Source: Bugula neritina (Eukaryota; Animalia; Bryozoa). From it: 64,000 nt of DNA. Location of the stretch: NCBI GenBank assembly GCA_964035545.1, contig CAXIUT010000183.1, positions 434,001 through 498,000 of the forward strand, in the 5' to 3' direction. The notes below the pieces were generated by a model that saw only the letters and a list, made by a program, of their open reading frames with translations, made no database searches and was not told where the DNA came from. Shown piece after piece: positions 16,701-33,300 of this stretch (position 1 is the stretch's first letter; each line of letters starts with the position of its first letter). A program made the translations under genes and the position numbers.

Positions 16701-19700
16701 ATATGGTAAACTACTGAAATATACTTTAACACATTGAAAAATACTGCAACATACTGAAATATACTGTAACACACTGAAATATACTGCAACATACTGAAAT
16801 ACACTGTAACATACTGAAATAAACTGCAACATACCAAAATATATAGTAAACTACTGAAATATACTTTAACACATTGGAAAATCCTGCAACATACTAAAAT
16901 ATACTCTAACACACTGCAAGATACTGCAACATACCGAAATACACTGTAACATAGTGAAACGCACTGCAACATACTGCATTATACTGACATACACTGGAAC
17001 ATATTGAAATACACTGCAACATCCTACAACATGCTGAAATACGCTGTAACATATTGAAATACACCGCAACACATTGAAAAATACTGCAACACACCGAAAT
17101 ATATGGTAAACTATTGAATTATACTGTAACACATTGAAAAATACTGAAACAAACTGAAATATACTCTGACACAATGCAAAATACTGTAACATACTGAAAT
17201 ATGCTGTAGCACACTGAAATACACTGCAACTCACTGAAATATACTGCAACATACTGAAAAACACTGTAACATATTGAGACATACTGCAACATACTGCAAC
17301 ATACTGAAATACACTGTAACATACTGAAATACATTGCAAAATACTGCAACATATTGAAATACACTGCAGCATCCTACAACATGCTGAAATACACTGTAAC
17401 ATATTGAAACACACTGCAACACATTGAAATATACTGCAACATACCGCAATATATGGTAAACTACTGAAATATACTGTAACACATTGAAAAATACTGCATC
17501 ATACTGAAATATACTGCGACATAATGCAATATTCTGTAACATACTGAGATATGCTGTAGCACACTGAAATACACTACAACTCACTGAAACATACTGCAAC
17601 ATACTGAAATACACTGTAACATCCTACAACATACTGAAATACACAGTAACATATTGAAATACACTGCAACACATTGAAATATACTGCAACATACCTAAAT
17701 ATACGGTAATATACTGAAAAATACCCTAACACATTGAAAAATACTGCAAGATACTGAAATATACTGTGACACATTGCAATATACTGTAACATACTGAAAT
17801 ATGCTCAAGCACACTGAAACACACTGCGACTCACTGAAACATACTGCAACATACTGAAATACACTGCAACATCCTACAACATACTGAAATACACTGCAAC
17901 ATATTGAAAGACACTGCAAGACAATGAAATATACTGCAACATACTGAAATATACCGTAACACACTGAAATATACTGCAACATACTGAAATACACTGTAAC
18001 ATATTGAAATACACTGCAACAAACTATAACATATTGAAATACACTGCAACGCATTGAAAGACACTGCAACACATTGAAATACACTGCAATATACCAAAAT
18101 AAATGGTAAACTACTGAAATATACTTTAACACATTGAAAAATACTGCAACATACTGAAATATACTGTAACACACTGAAATATACTGCAACATACTGAAAT
18201 ACACTGTAACATATTGAAATACACTGCAACAAACTATAACATATTGAAATACACTGCAACGCATTGAAAGACACTGCAACACATTGAAATATACTGCAAT
18301 ATACCAATATATATGGTAAACTGCTGAAATATACTTTAACACAATGAAAAATACTGCAACATACTGAAATATACTGTAACACACTGAAATATACTGCAAC
18401 ATACTGCAACAATCTGAAATACACTGTAACATACTGAAATACACTGCAACAAACTACAACATATTGAAATACACTGCAACACATTGAAATATACTGCAAC
18501 ATACTTAAATATACGGTAATATACCGAAAAAAAAACTTTAACAGATTGAAAAATTCTGCAACATACTGAAATAAACTGCAACACACTGAAATACACCGCA
18601 AAATACTACAACATACTGAAATACACTGTAACATATTGAAATACACTGCAACACTTTGAAATATACTGCAACATACCGAAATATATGTTAAACTACTAAA
18701 ATATACTGTAACACTTTGAAAAACAGTGCAACATACTGAAATATACTGCGACACTTTGCAATGTACTGTAACATACTGAAATATGCTGTAGCACACTGAA
18801 ATACACTGCAACTCACTGAAATATACTGCAACATATTGAAATACACTGCAACATCCTACAACATGCTAAAATACACGGTAACATATTGAAATACAGTACA
18901 ACACGTTGAAATATACTGCAACATACCGGAATATATGGTGAAGTACTGAAATATACTGTAACACACTGAAAAATACTGCAACATACCGAAATATACTGCG
19001 ACACATTGCAATATACTGCAACATACCAAAATATATGGTAAACTACTGAAATATACTTTAACACATTGAAAAATACTGCAACATACTGAAATATACTGTA
19101 ACACACTGAAATATACTGCAACATACTGAAATACACTGTAACATACTGAAATACATTGCAAAATACTGCAACATATTGAAATACACTGCAGCATCCTACA
19201 ACATGCTGAAATACACTGTAACATATTGAAATACACTGCAACACATTGAAATATGCTGCAACATACCGCAATATATGGTAAACTACTGAAATATACTGTA
19301 ACACATTGAAAAATACTGCATCATACTGAAATATACTGCGACATAATGCAATATTCTGTAACATACTGAGATATGCTGTAGCACACTGAAATACACTACA
19401 ACTCACTGAAACATACTGCAACATACTGAAAGACACTGTAACATCCTACAACATACTGAAATACACAGTAACATATTGAAATACACTGCAACACATTGAA
19501 ATATACTGCAACATACCTAAATATACGGTAATATACTGAAAAACACTGTAACACATTGAAAAATACTGCAAGATACTGAAATATACTGTGACACATTGCA
19601 ATATACTGTAACATACTGAAATATGCTCAAGCACACTGAAACACACTGCACCTCACTGAAACATACTGCAACATACTGAAATACACTGCAACATCCTACA

Positions 19701-21076
19701 ACATACTGAAATACACTGCAACATATTGAAAGACACTGCAAGACAATGAAATATACTGCAACATACTGAAATATACCGTAACACACTGAAATATACTGCA
19801 ACATACTGAAATACACTGCTACATACTGAAATATACCGCAACATACTGCAACATACTGAAATACACTGTAACATACTGAAATACACTGCAACAAACTACA
19901 ACATATTGAAATACACTGCAACACATTGAAATATACTGCAACATACCTAAATATACGGTAATATAGCGGAAAAAAACTGTAACAGATTGACAAATTCTGC
20001 AACATACTGAAATATACTGCGACACATTGCAATATACTGTAACATACTGAAATATGCTCTAGCACACTGAAATACACTGCAACCCACTGAAATATACTGC
20101 AACATACGGAAATACACTGCAACACATTGAAATACACTGCAACATACCAAAATAAATGGTAAACTACTGAAATATACTTTAACACATTGAAAAATACTGC
20201 AACATACTGAAATATACTGTAACACACTGAAATATACTGCAACATACTGAAATACACTGTAACATATTGAAATACACTGCAACAAACTACAACATATTGA
20301 AATACACTGCAACGCATTGAAAGACACTGCAACACATTGAAATATACTGCAATATACCAATATATATGGTAAACTGCTGAAATATACTTTAACACAATGA
20401 AAAATACTGCAACATACTGAAATATACTGTAACACACTGAAATATACTGCAACATACTGCAACAATCTGAAATACACTGTAACATACTGAAATACACTGC
20501 AACAAACTACAACATACTGAAATACACTGCAACACATTGAAATATACTGCAACATACCTAAATATACGGTAATATACCGAAAAAAAAACTGTAACAGATT
20601 GAAAAATTCTGCAACATACTGAAATAAACTGCAACACACTGAAATACACCGCAAAATACTACAACATACTGAAATACACTGTAACATATTGAAATACACT
20701 GCAACACTTTGAAATATACTGCAACATACCGAAATATATGTTAAACTACTAAAATATACTGTAACACTTTGAAAAACAGTGCAACATACTGAAATATACT
20801 GCGACACTTTGCAATGTACTGTAACATACTGAAACATGCTGTAGCACACTGAAATACACTGCAACTCACTGAAATATACTGCAACATATTGAAATACACT
20901 GCAACATCCTACAACGTGCTAAAATACACGGTAACATATTGAAATACAGTACAACACGTTGAAATATACTGCAACATACCGGAATATATGGTAAAGTACT
21001 GAAATATACTGTAACACACTGAAAAATACTGCAACATACTGAAATATACTGCGACACATTGCAATATACTGCAACA

Positions 21077-21640
21077 TACCAAAATATATGGTAAACTACT
21101 GAAATATACTTTAACACATTGAAAAATACTGCAACATACTGAAATATACTGTAACACACTGAAATATACTGCAACATACTGAAATACACTGTAACATACT
21201 GAAATAAACTGCAACATACCAAAATATATGGTAAACTACTGAAATATACTTTAACACATTGAAAAATCCTGCAACATACTAAAACATACTGTAACACACT
21301 GCAAGATACTGCAACATACTGAAATACACTGAAACATACTGAAATAAACTGCAACATACCAAAATATATGGTAAACTACTGAAATATACTGTAACACACT
21401 GAAAATTACTGCAACATACTGAAATATACTGTAACACACTGAAATATACTGCAACAAACTGAAATACACTGTAACATATTGAAATAAACTGCAACATACC
21501 AAAATATATGGTAAACTACTGAAATATACTTTAACACATTGAAAAATACTGCAACATACTAAAATATACCGTAACACACTGCAAGATACTGCAACATACC
21601 GAAATACACTGTAACATACTGAAACACACTGCAACATACT
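21077..21640 (+). repeat. 140-bp (14-monomer) tandem sub-repeat run; example of a recurrent right-domain block
   Basis: AAAATATATGGTAAACTACTG at 21081, 21221, 21361 and 21501. The same 140-bp spacing occurs at about 33761-34181, 47751-48171 and 60161-60581. Confidence 0.88.
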
Positions 21641-22071
21641 GCATTATACTGACATACACTGGAACATATTGAAATACACTGCAACACAATGAAATATACT
21701 GCAACATACCAAAATATATGGTAAACTACTGAAATATACTTTAACACATTGAAAAATACTGCAACATACTAAAATATACTGTAACACACTGAAATATACT
21801 GCAACATACTGAAATACACTGTAACATACTGAAATAAACAGTAACATACTGAAATACACTGCAACATCCTACAACATACTGAATTACGCTGTAACATTGT
21901 GAAATACACTGCAACACATTGAAAAATACTGCAACATACCGAAATATACGGTAAACTATTGAATTATACTGTAACACATTGAAAAATACTGAAACACACT
22001 GAAATATACTCTGACACAATGCAATATACTGTAACATACTGAAATATGCTGTAGCACACTGAAATACACTG

Positions 22072-25000
22072 CAACTCACTGAAATATACTACAACATACT
22101 GAAAAACACTGTAACATATTGAAACATACTGCAACATACTACAACATATTGAAAGACACTGCAACACATTGAAATATACTGCAACATACCTAAATATCCG
22201 GTAATATACTGAAATATACTGTAACACATTGAAAAATACTACAACATACTGAAATACACTGTAACATATTGAAATACACTGCAACACATTGAAATATACT
22301 GCAACCTATAGAAATATATGGTAAACTACTGAAATATACTGTAACACATTGAAAAATACTGCAACATACTGAAACATACTGCGACACATTGCAATATACA
22401 GTAACATACTGAAACATGCTGTAGCACACTGAAATAGACTGCAGCTCACTGAAATATACTGCAACATACTGAAATACACTGCTACATACTGAAATATACT
22501 GCAACATACTGCAACATACTGAAATACACTGTAACATACTGAAATACACTGCAACAAACTACAACATATTGAAATACACTGCAACACATTGAAATATACT
22601 GCAACATACCTAAATATACGGTAATATACCGAAAAAAAAACTGTAACAGATTGAAAAATTCTGCAACATACTGAAATAAACTGCAACACACTGAAATACA
22701 GCGCAAAATACTACAACATACTGAAATACACTGTAACATATTGAAATACACTGCAACACTTTGAAATATACTGCAACATACCGAAATATATGGTAAACTA
22801 CCAAAATATACTGTAACACTTTGAAAAATAGTGCAACACACTGAAATATACTCTGACACATTGCAATATACTGTAACATACTGAAATATGCTGTAGCACA
22901 CTGAAATACTTTGCAACTCACTGAAATACACTGCAACATACTGAAATACACTGTAACATATTGAAAAATACTGCAACATACTGCAACATACTGAAATACA
23001 CTGCAACATATTGAAAGACACTGCAAGACAATGAAATATACTGCAACATACTGAAATATACTGTAACACACTGAAATATACTGCAACATACTGAAATACA
23101 CTGCTACATACTGAAATATACTGCAACATACTGCAACATACTGAAATACACTGCAACAAACTACAACATATTGAAATACACTGCAACACATTGAAATATA
23201 CTGCAACATACCTAAATATACGGTAATATAGCGGAAAAAAACTGTAACAGATTGACAAATTCTGCAACATACTGAAATATACTGCGACACATTGCAATAT
23301 ACTGTAACATACTGAAATATGCTCTAGCACACTGAAATACACTGCAACCCACTGAAATATACTGCAACATACGGAAATACACTGCAACACATTGAAATAC
23401 ACTGCAACATACCAAAATAAATGGTAAACTACTGAAATATACTTTAACACATTGAAAAATACTGCAACATACTGAAGTATACTGTAACACACTGAAATAT
23501 ACTGCAACATACTGAAATACACTGTAACATATTGAAATACACTGCAACAAACTACAACATATTGAAATACACTGCAACGCATTGAAAGACACTGCAACAC
23601 ATTGAAATATACTGCAATATACCAATATATATGGTAAACTGCTGAAATATACTTTAACACAATGAAAAATACTGCAACATACTGAAATATACTGTAACAC
23701 ACTGAAATATACTGCAACATACTGCAACAATCTGAAATACACTGTAACATACTGAAATACACTGCAACAAACTACAACATATTGAAATACACTGCAACAC
23801 ATTGAAATATACTGCAACATACTTAAATATACGGTAATATACCGAAAAAAAAACTGTAACAGATTGAAAAATTCTGCAACATACTGAAATAAACTGCAAC
23901 ACACTGAAATACACCGCAAAATACTACAACATACTGAAATACACTGTAACATATTGAAATACACTGCAACACTTTGAAATATACTGCAACATACCGAAAT
24001 ATATGTTAAACTACTAAAATATACTGTAACACTTTGAAAAACAGTGCAACATACTGAAATATACTGCGACACTTTGCAATGTACTGTAACATACTGAATT
24101 ATGCTGTAGCACACTGAAATACACTGCAACTCACTGAAATATACTGCAACATATTGAAATACACTGCAACATCCTACAACATGCTAAAATACACGGTAAC
24201 ATATTGAAATACAGTACAACACGTTGAAATATACTGCAACATACCGGAATATATGGTGAAGTACTGAAATATACTGTAACACACTGAAAAATACTGCAAC
24301 ATACTGAAATATACTGCGACACATTGCAATATACTGCAACATACCAAAATATATGGTAAACTACTGAAATATACTTTAACACATTGAAAAATACTGCAAC
24401 ATACTGAAATATACTGTAACACACTGAAATATACTGCAACATACTGAAATACACTGTAACATACTGAAATACATTGCAAAATACTGCAACATATTGAAAT
24501 ACACTGCAGCATCCTACAACATGCTGAAATACACTGTAACATATTGAAATACACTGCAACACATTGAAATATGCTGCAACATACCGCAATATATGGTAAA
24601 CTACTGAAATATACTGTAACACATTGAAAAATACTGCATCATACTGAAATATACTGCGACATAATGCAATATTCTGTAACATACTGAGATATGCTGTAGC
24701 ACACTGAAATACACTACAACTCACTGAAATATACTACAACATACTGAAAAACACTGTAACATATTGAAACATACTGCAACATACTACAACATATTGAAAG
24801 ACACTGCAACACATTGAAATATACTGCAACATACCTAAATATCCGGTAATATACTGAAATATACTGTAACACATTGAAAAATACTACAACATACTGAAAT
24901 ACACTGTAACATATTGAAATACACTGCAACACATTGAAATATACTGCAACCTATAGAAATATATGGTAAACTACTGAAATATACTGTAACACATTGAAAA

Positions 25001-27372
25001 ATACTGCAACATACTGAAACATACTGCGACACATTGCAATATACAGTAACATACTGAAACATGCTGTAGCACACTGAAATAGACTGCAGCTCACTGAAAT
25101 ATACTGCAACATACTGAAATACACTGCTACATACTGAAATATACTGCAACATACTGCAACATACTGAAATACACTGTAACATACTGAAATACACTGCAAC
25201 AAACTACAACATATTGAAATACACTGCAACACATTGAAATATACTGCAACATACCTAAATATACGGTAATATACCGAAAAAAAAACTGTAACAGATTGAA
25301 AAATTCTGCAACATACTGAAATAAACTGCAACACACTGAAATACAGCGCAAAATACTACAACATACTGAAATACACTGTAACATATTGAAATACACTGCA
25401 ACACTTTGAAATATACTGCAACATACCGAAATATATGGTAAACTACCAAAATATACTGTAACACTTTGAAAAATAGTGCAACACACTGAAATATACTCTG
25501 ACACATTGCAATATACTGTAACATACTGAAATATGCTGTAGCACACTGAAATACATTGCAACTCACTGAAATACACTGCAACATACTGAAATACACTGTA
25601 ACATATTGAAAAATACTGCAACATACTGCAACATACTGAAATACACTGCAACATATTGAAAGACACTGCAAGACAATGAAATATACTGCAACATACTGAA
25701 ATATACTGTAACACACTGAAATATACTGCAACATACTGAAATACACTGCTACATACTGAAATATACTGCAACATACTGCAACATACTGAAATACACTGCA
25801 ACAAACTACAACATATTGAAATACACTGCAACACATTGAAATATACTGCAACATACCTAAATATACGGTAATATAGCGGAAAAAAACTGTAACAGATTGA
25901 CAAATTCTGCAACATACTGAAATATACTGCGACACATTGCAATATACTGTAACATACTGAAATATGCTCTAGCACACTGAAATACACTGCAACCCACTGA
26001 AATATACTGCAACATACGGAAATACACTGCAACACATTGAAATACACTGCAACATACCAAAATAAATGGTAAACTACTGAAATATACTTTAACACATTGA
26101 AAAATACTGCAACATACTGAAGTATACTGTAACACACTGAAATATACTGCAACATACTGAAATACACTGTAACATATTGAAATACACTGCAACAAACTAC
26201 AACATATTGAAATACACTGCAACGCATTGAAAGACACTGCAACACATTGAAATATACTGCAATATACCAATATATATGGTAAACTGCTGAAATATACTTT
26301 AACACAATGAAAAATACTGCAACATACTGAAATATACTGTAACACACTGAAATATACTGCAACATACTGCAACAATCTGAAATACACTGTAACATACTGA
26401 AATACACTGCAACAAACTACAACATATTGAAATACACTGCAACACATTGAAATATACTGCAACATACTTAAATATACGGTAATATACCGAAAAAAAAACT
26501 GTAACAGATTGAAAAATTCTGCAACATACTGAAATAAACTGCAACACACTGAAATACACCGCAAAATACTACAACATACTGAAATACACTGTAACATATT
26601 GAAATACACTGCAACACTTTGAAATATACTGCAACATACCGAAATATATGTTAAACTACTAAAATATACTGTAACACTTTGAAAAACAGTGCAACATACT
26701 GAAATATACTGCGACACTTTGCAATGTACTGTAACATACTGAATTATGCTGTAGCACACTGAAATACACTGCAACTCACTGAAATATACTGCAACATATT
26801 GAAATACACTGCAACATCCTACAACATGCTAAAATACACGGTAACATATTGAAATACAGTACAACACGTTGAAATATACTGCAACATACCGGAATATATG
26901 GTGAAGTACTGAAATATACTGTAACACACTGAAAAATACTGCAACATACTGAAATATACTGCGACACATTGCAATATACTGCAACATACCAAAATATATG
27001 GTAAACTACTGAAATATACTTTAACACATTGAAAAATACTGCAACATACTGAAATATACTGTAACACACTGAAATATACTGCAACATACTGAAATACACT
27101 GTAACATACTGAAATACATTGCAAAATACTGCAACATATTGAAATACACTGCAGCATCCTACAACATGCTGAAATACACTGTAACATATTGAAATACACT
27201 GCAACACATTGAAATATGCTGCAACATACCGCAATATATGGTAAACTACTGAAATATACTGTAACACATTGAAAAATACTGCATCATACTGAAATATACT
27301 GCGACATAATGCAATATTCTGTAACATACTGAGATATGCTGTAGCACACTGAAATACACTACAACTCACTGA
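22072..27372 (+). repeat. Tandem duplication, 2645-bp unit, near-identical copies
   Basis: ORF pairs 22190/24835, 22482/25127, 23212/25857 and 24131/26776 all have offset 2645; shared private variant GAATTATGCTGTAGC at 24096/26741. Confidence 0.92.
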
Positions 27373-30300
27373 AACATACTGCAACATACTGAAAGACACT
27401 GTAACATCCTACAACATACTGAAATACACAGTAACATATTGAAATACACTGCAACACATTGAAATATACTGCAACATACCTAAATATACGGTAATATACT
27501 GAAAAACACTGTAACACATTGAAAAATACTGCAAGATACTGAAATATACTGTGACACATTGCAATATACTGTAACATACTGAAATATGCTCAAGCACACT
27601 GAAACACACTGCACCTCACTGAAACATACTGCAACATACTGAAATACACTGCAACATCCTACAACATACTGAAATACACTGCAACATATTGAAAGACACT
27701 GCAAGACAATGAAATATACTGCAACATACTGAAATATACCGTAACACACTGAAATATACTGCAACATACTGAAATACACTGCTACATACTGAAATATACT
27801 GCAACATACTGCAACATACTGAAATACACTGTAACATACTGAAATACACTGCAACAAACTACAACATATTGAAATACACTGCAACACATTGAAATATACT
27901 GCAACATACCTAAATATACGGTAATATAGCGGAAAAAAACTGTAACAGATTGACAAATTCTGCAACATACTGAAATATACTGCGACACATTGCAATATAC
28001 TGTAACATACTGAAATATGCTCTAGCACACTGAAATACACTGCAACCCACTGAAATATACTGCAACATACGGAAATACACTGCAACACATTGAAATACAC
28101 TGCAACATACCAAAATAAATGGTAAACTACTGAAATATACTTTAACACATTGAAAAATACTGCAACATACTGAAATATACTGTAACACACTGAAATATAC
28201 TGCAACATACTGAAATACACTGTAACATATTGAAATACACTGCAACAAACTACAACATATTGAAATACACTGCAACGCATTGAAAGACACTGCAACATAC
28301 CTAAATATACGGTAATATACCGAAAAAAAAACTGTAACAGATTGAAAAATTCTGCAACATACTGAAATACACCGCAAAATACTACAACATACTGAAATAC
28401 ACTGTAACATATTGAAATACACTGCAACACTTTGAAATATACTGCAACATACCGAAATATATGTTAAACTACTAAAATATACTGTAACACTTTGAAAAAC
28501 AGTGCAACATACTGAAATATACTGCGACACTTTGCAATGTACTGTAACATACTGAAACATGCTGTAGCACACTGAAATACACTGCAACTCACTGAAATAT
28601 ACTGCAACATATTGAAATACACTGCAACATCCTACAACATGCTAAAATACACGGTAACATATTGAAATACAGTACAACACGTTGAAATATACTGCAACAT
28701 ACCGGAATATATGGTAAAGTACTGAAATATACTGTAACACACTGAAATATACTGCAACATACTGAAATACACTGTAACATACTGAAATAAACTGCAACAT
28801 ACCAAAATATATGGTAAACTACTGAAATATACTTTAACACATTGAAAAATCCTGCAACATACTAAAACATACTGTAACACACTGCAAGATACTGCAACAT
28901 ACTGAAATACACTGAAACATACTGAAATAAACTGCAACATACCAAAATATATGGTAAACTACTGAAATATACTGTAACACACTGAAAATTACTGCAACAT
29001 ACTGAAATATACTGTAACACACTGAAATATACTGCAACAAACTGAAATACACTGTAACATATTGAAATAAACTGCAACATACCAAAATATATGGTAAACT
29101 ACTGAAATATACTTTAACACATTGAAAAATACTGCAACATACTAAAATATACCGTAACACACTGCAAGATACTGCAACATACCGAAATACACTGTAACAT
29201 ACTGAAACACACTGCAACATACTGCATTATACTGACATACACTGGAACATATTGAAATACACTGCAACACAATGAAATATACTGCAACATACCAAAATAT
29301 ATGGTAAACTACTGAAATATACTTTAACACATTGAAAAATACTGCAACATACTAAAATATACTGTAACACACTGAAATATACTGCAACATACTGAAATAC
29401 ACTGTAACATACTGAAATAAACAGTAACATACTGAAATACACTGCAACATCCTACAACATACTGAATTACACTGTAACATTGTGAAATACACTGCAACAC
29501 ATTGAAAAATACTGCAACATACCGAAATATACGGTAAACTATTGAATTATACTGTAACACATTGAAAAATACTGAAACACACTGAAATATACTCTGACAC
29601 AATGCAATATACTGTAACATACTGAAATATGCTGTAGCACACTGAAATACACTGCAACTCACTGAAATATACTACAACATACTGAAAAACACTGTAACAT
29701 ATTGAAACATACTGCAACATACTACAACATATTGAAAGACACTGCAACACATTGAAATATACTGCAACATACCTAAATATCCGGTAATATACTGAAATAT
29801 ACTGTAACACATTGAAAAATACTACAACATACTGAAATACACTGTAACATATTGAAATACACTGCAACACATTGAAATATACTGCAACCTATAGAAATAT
29901 ATGGTAAACTACTGAAATATACTGTAACACATTGAAAAATACTGCAACATACTGAAACATACTGCGACACATTGCAATATACAGTAACATACTGAAACAT
30001 GCTGTAGCACACTGAAATAGACTGCAGCTCACTGAAATATACTGCAACATACTGAAATACACTGCTACATACTGAAATATACTGCAACATACTGCAACAT
30101 ACTGAAATACACTGTAACATACTGAAATACACTGCAACAAACTACAACATATTGAAATACACTGCAACACATTGAAATATACTGCAACATACCTAAATAT
30201 ACGGTAATATACCGAAAAAAAAACTGTAACAGATTGAAAAATTCTGCAACATACTGAAATAAACTGCAACACACTGAAATACAGCGCAAAATACTACAAC

Positions 30301-30389
30301 ATACTGAAATACACTGTAACATATTGAAATACACTGCAACACTTTGAAATATACTGCAACATAGCGAAATATATGGTAAACTACCAAAA

Positions 30390-33300
30390 TATACTGTAAC
30401 ACTTTGAAAAATAGTGCAACACACTGAAATATACTCTGACACATTGCAATATACTGTAACATACTGAAATATGCTGTAGCACACTGAAACACATTGCAAC
30501 TCACTGAAATACACTGCAACATACTGAAATACACTGTAACATATTGAAAAATACTGCAACATACTGCAACATACTGAAATACACTGCAACATATTGAAAG
30601 ACACTGCAAGACAATGAAATATACTGCAACATACTGAAATATACTGTAACACAATGAAATATACTGCAACATACTGAAATACACTGCTACATACTGAAAT
30701 ATACTGCAACATACTGCAACATACTGAAATACACTGTAACATACTGAAATACACTGCAACAAACTACAACATATTGAAATACACTGCAACACATTGAAAT
30801 ATACCGCAACATACCTAAATATACGGTAATATAGCGGAAAAAAACTGTAACAGATTGACAAATTCTGCAACATACTGAAATATACTGCGACACATTGCAA
30901 TATACTGTAACATACTGAAATATGCTCTAGCACACTGAAATACACTGCAACCCACTGAAATATACTGCAACATACGGAAATACACTGCAACACATTGAAA
31001 TACACTGCAACATACCAAAATAAATGGTAAACTACTGAAATATACTTTAACACATTGAAAAATACTGCAACATACTGAAGTATACTGTAACACACTGAAA
31101 TATACTGCAACATACTGAAATACACTGTAACATATTGAAATACACTGCAACAAACTACAACATATTGAAATACACTGCAACGCATTGAAAGACACTGCAA
31201 CACATTGAAATATACTGCAATATACCAATATATATGGTAAACTGCTGAAATATACTTTAACACAATGAAAAATACTGCAACATACTGAAATATACTGTAA
31301 CACACTGAAATATACTGCAACATACTGCAACAATCTGAAATACACTGTAACATACTGAAATACACTGCAACAAACTACAAAATATTGAAATACACTGCAA
31401 CACATTGAAATATACTGCAACATACTTAAATATACGGTAATATACCGAAAAAAAAACTGTAACAGATTGAAAAATTCTGCAACATACTGAAATAAACTGC
31501 AACACACTGAAATACACCGCAAAATACTACAACATACTGAAATACACTGTAACATATTGAAATACACTGCAACACTTTGAAATATACTGCAACATACCGA
31601 AATATATGTTAAACTACTAAAATATACTGTAACACTTTGAAAAACAGTGCAACATACTGAAATATACTGCGACACTTTGCAATGTACTGTAACATACTGA
31701 AATATGCTGTAGCACACTGAAATACACTGCAACTCACTGAAATATACTGCAACATATTGAAATACACTGCAACATCCTACAACATGCTAAAATACACGGT
31801 AACATATTGAAATACAGTACAACACGTTGAAATATACTGCAACATACCGGAATATATGGTAAAGTACTGAAATATACTGTAACACATTGAAAAATACTGC
31901 AACATACTGAAATATACTGTAACACACTGAAATATACTGCAACATACTGAAATACACTGTAACATACTGAAATACATTGCAAAATACTGCAACATATTGA
32001 AATACACTGCAGCATCCTACAACATGCTGAAATACACTGTAACATATTGAAATACACTGCAACACATTGAAATATACTGCAACATACCGCAATATATGGT
32101 AAACTACTGAAATATACTGTAACACATTGAAAAATACTGCATCATACTGAAATATACTGCGACATAATGCAATATTCTGTAACATACTGAGATATGCTGT
32201 AGCACACTGAAATACACTACAACTCACTGAAACATACTGCAACATACTGAAATACACTGTAACATCCTACAACATACTGAAATACACAGTAACATATTGA
32301 AATACACTGCAACACATTGAAATATACTGCAACATACCTAAATATACGGTAATATACTGAAAAATACTGTAACACATTGAAAAATACTGCAAGATACTGA
32401 AATATACTGTGACACATTGCAATATACTGTAACATACTGAAATATGCTCAAGCACACTGAAACACACTGCACCTCACTGAAACATACTGCAACATACTGA
32501 AATACACTGCAACATCCTACAACATACTGAAATACACTGCAACATATTGAAAGACACTGCAAGACAATGAAATATACTGCAACATACTGAAATATACCGT
32601 AACACACTGAAATATACTGCAACATACTGAAATACACTGCTACATACTGAAATATACTGCAACATACTGCAACATACTCAAATACACTGTAACATACTGA
32701 AATACACTGCAACAAACTACAACATATTGAAATACACTGCAACACATTGAAATATACTGCAACATACCTAAATATACGGTAATATAGCGGAAAAAAACTG
32801 TAACAGATTGACAAATTCTGCAACATACTGAAATATACTGCGACACATTGCAATATACTGTAACATACTGAAATATGCTCTAGCACACTGAAATACACTG
32901 CAACCCACTGAAATATACTGCAACATACGGAAATACACTGCAACACATTGAAATACACTGCAACAAACTACAACATATTGAAATACACTGCAACGCATTG
33001 AAAGACACTGCAACACATTGAAATATACTGCAATATACCAATATATATGGTAAACTGCTGAAATATACTTTAACACAATGAAAAATACTGCAACATACTG
33101 AAATATACTGTAACACACTGAAATATACTGCAACATACTGCAACAATCTGAAATACACTGTAACATACTGAAATACACTGCAACAAACTACAACATATTG
33201 AAATACACTGCAACACATTGAAATATACTGCAACATACCTAAATATACGGTAATATACCGAAAAAAAAACTGTAACAGATTGAAAAATTCTGCAACATAC

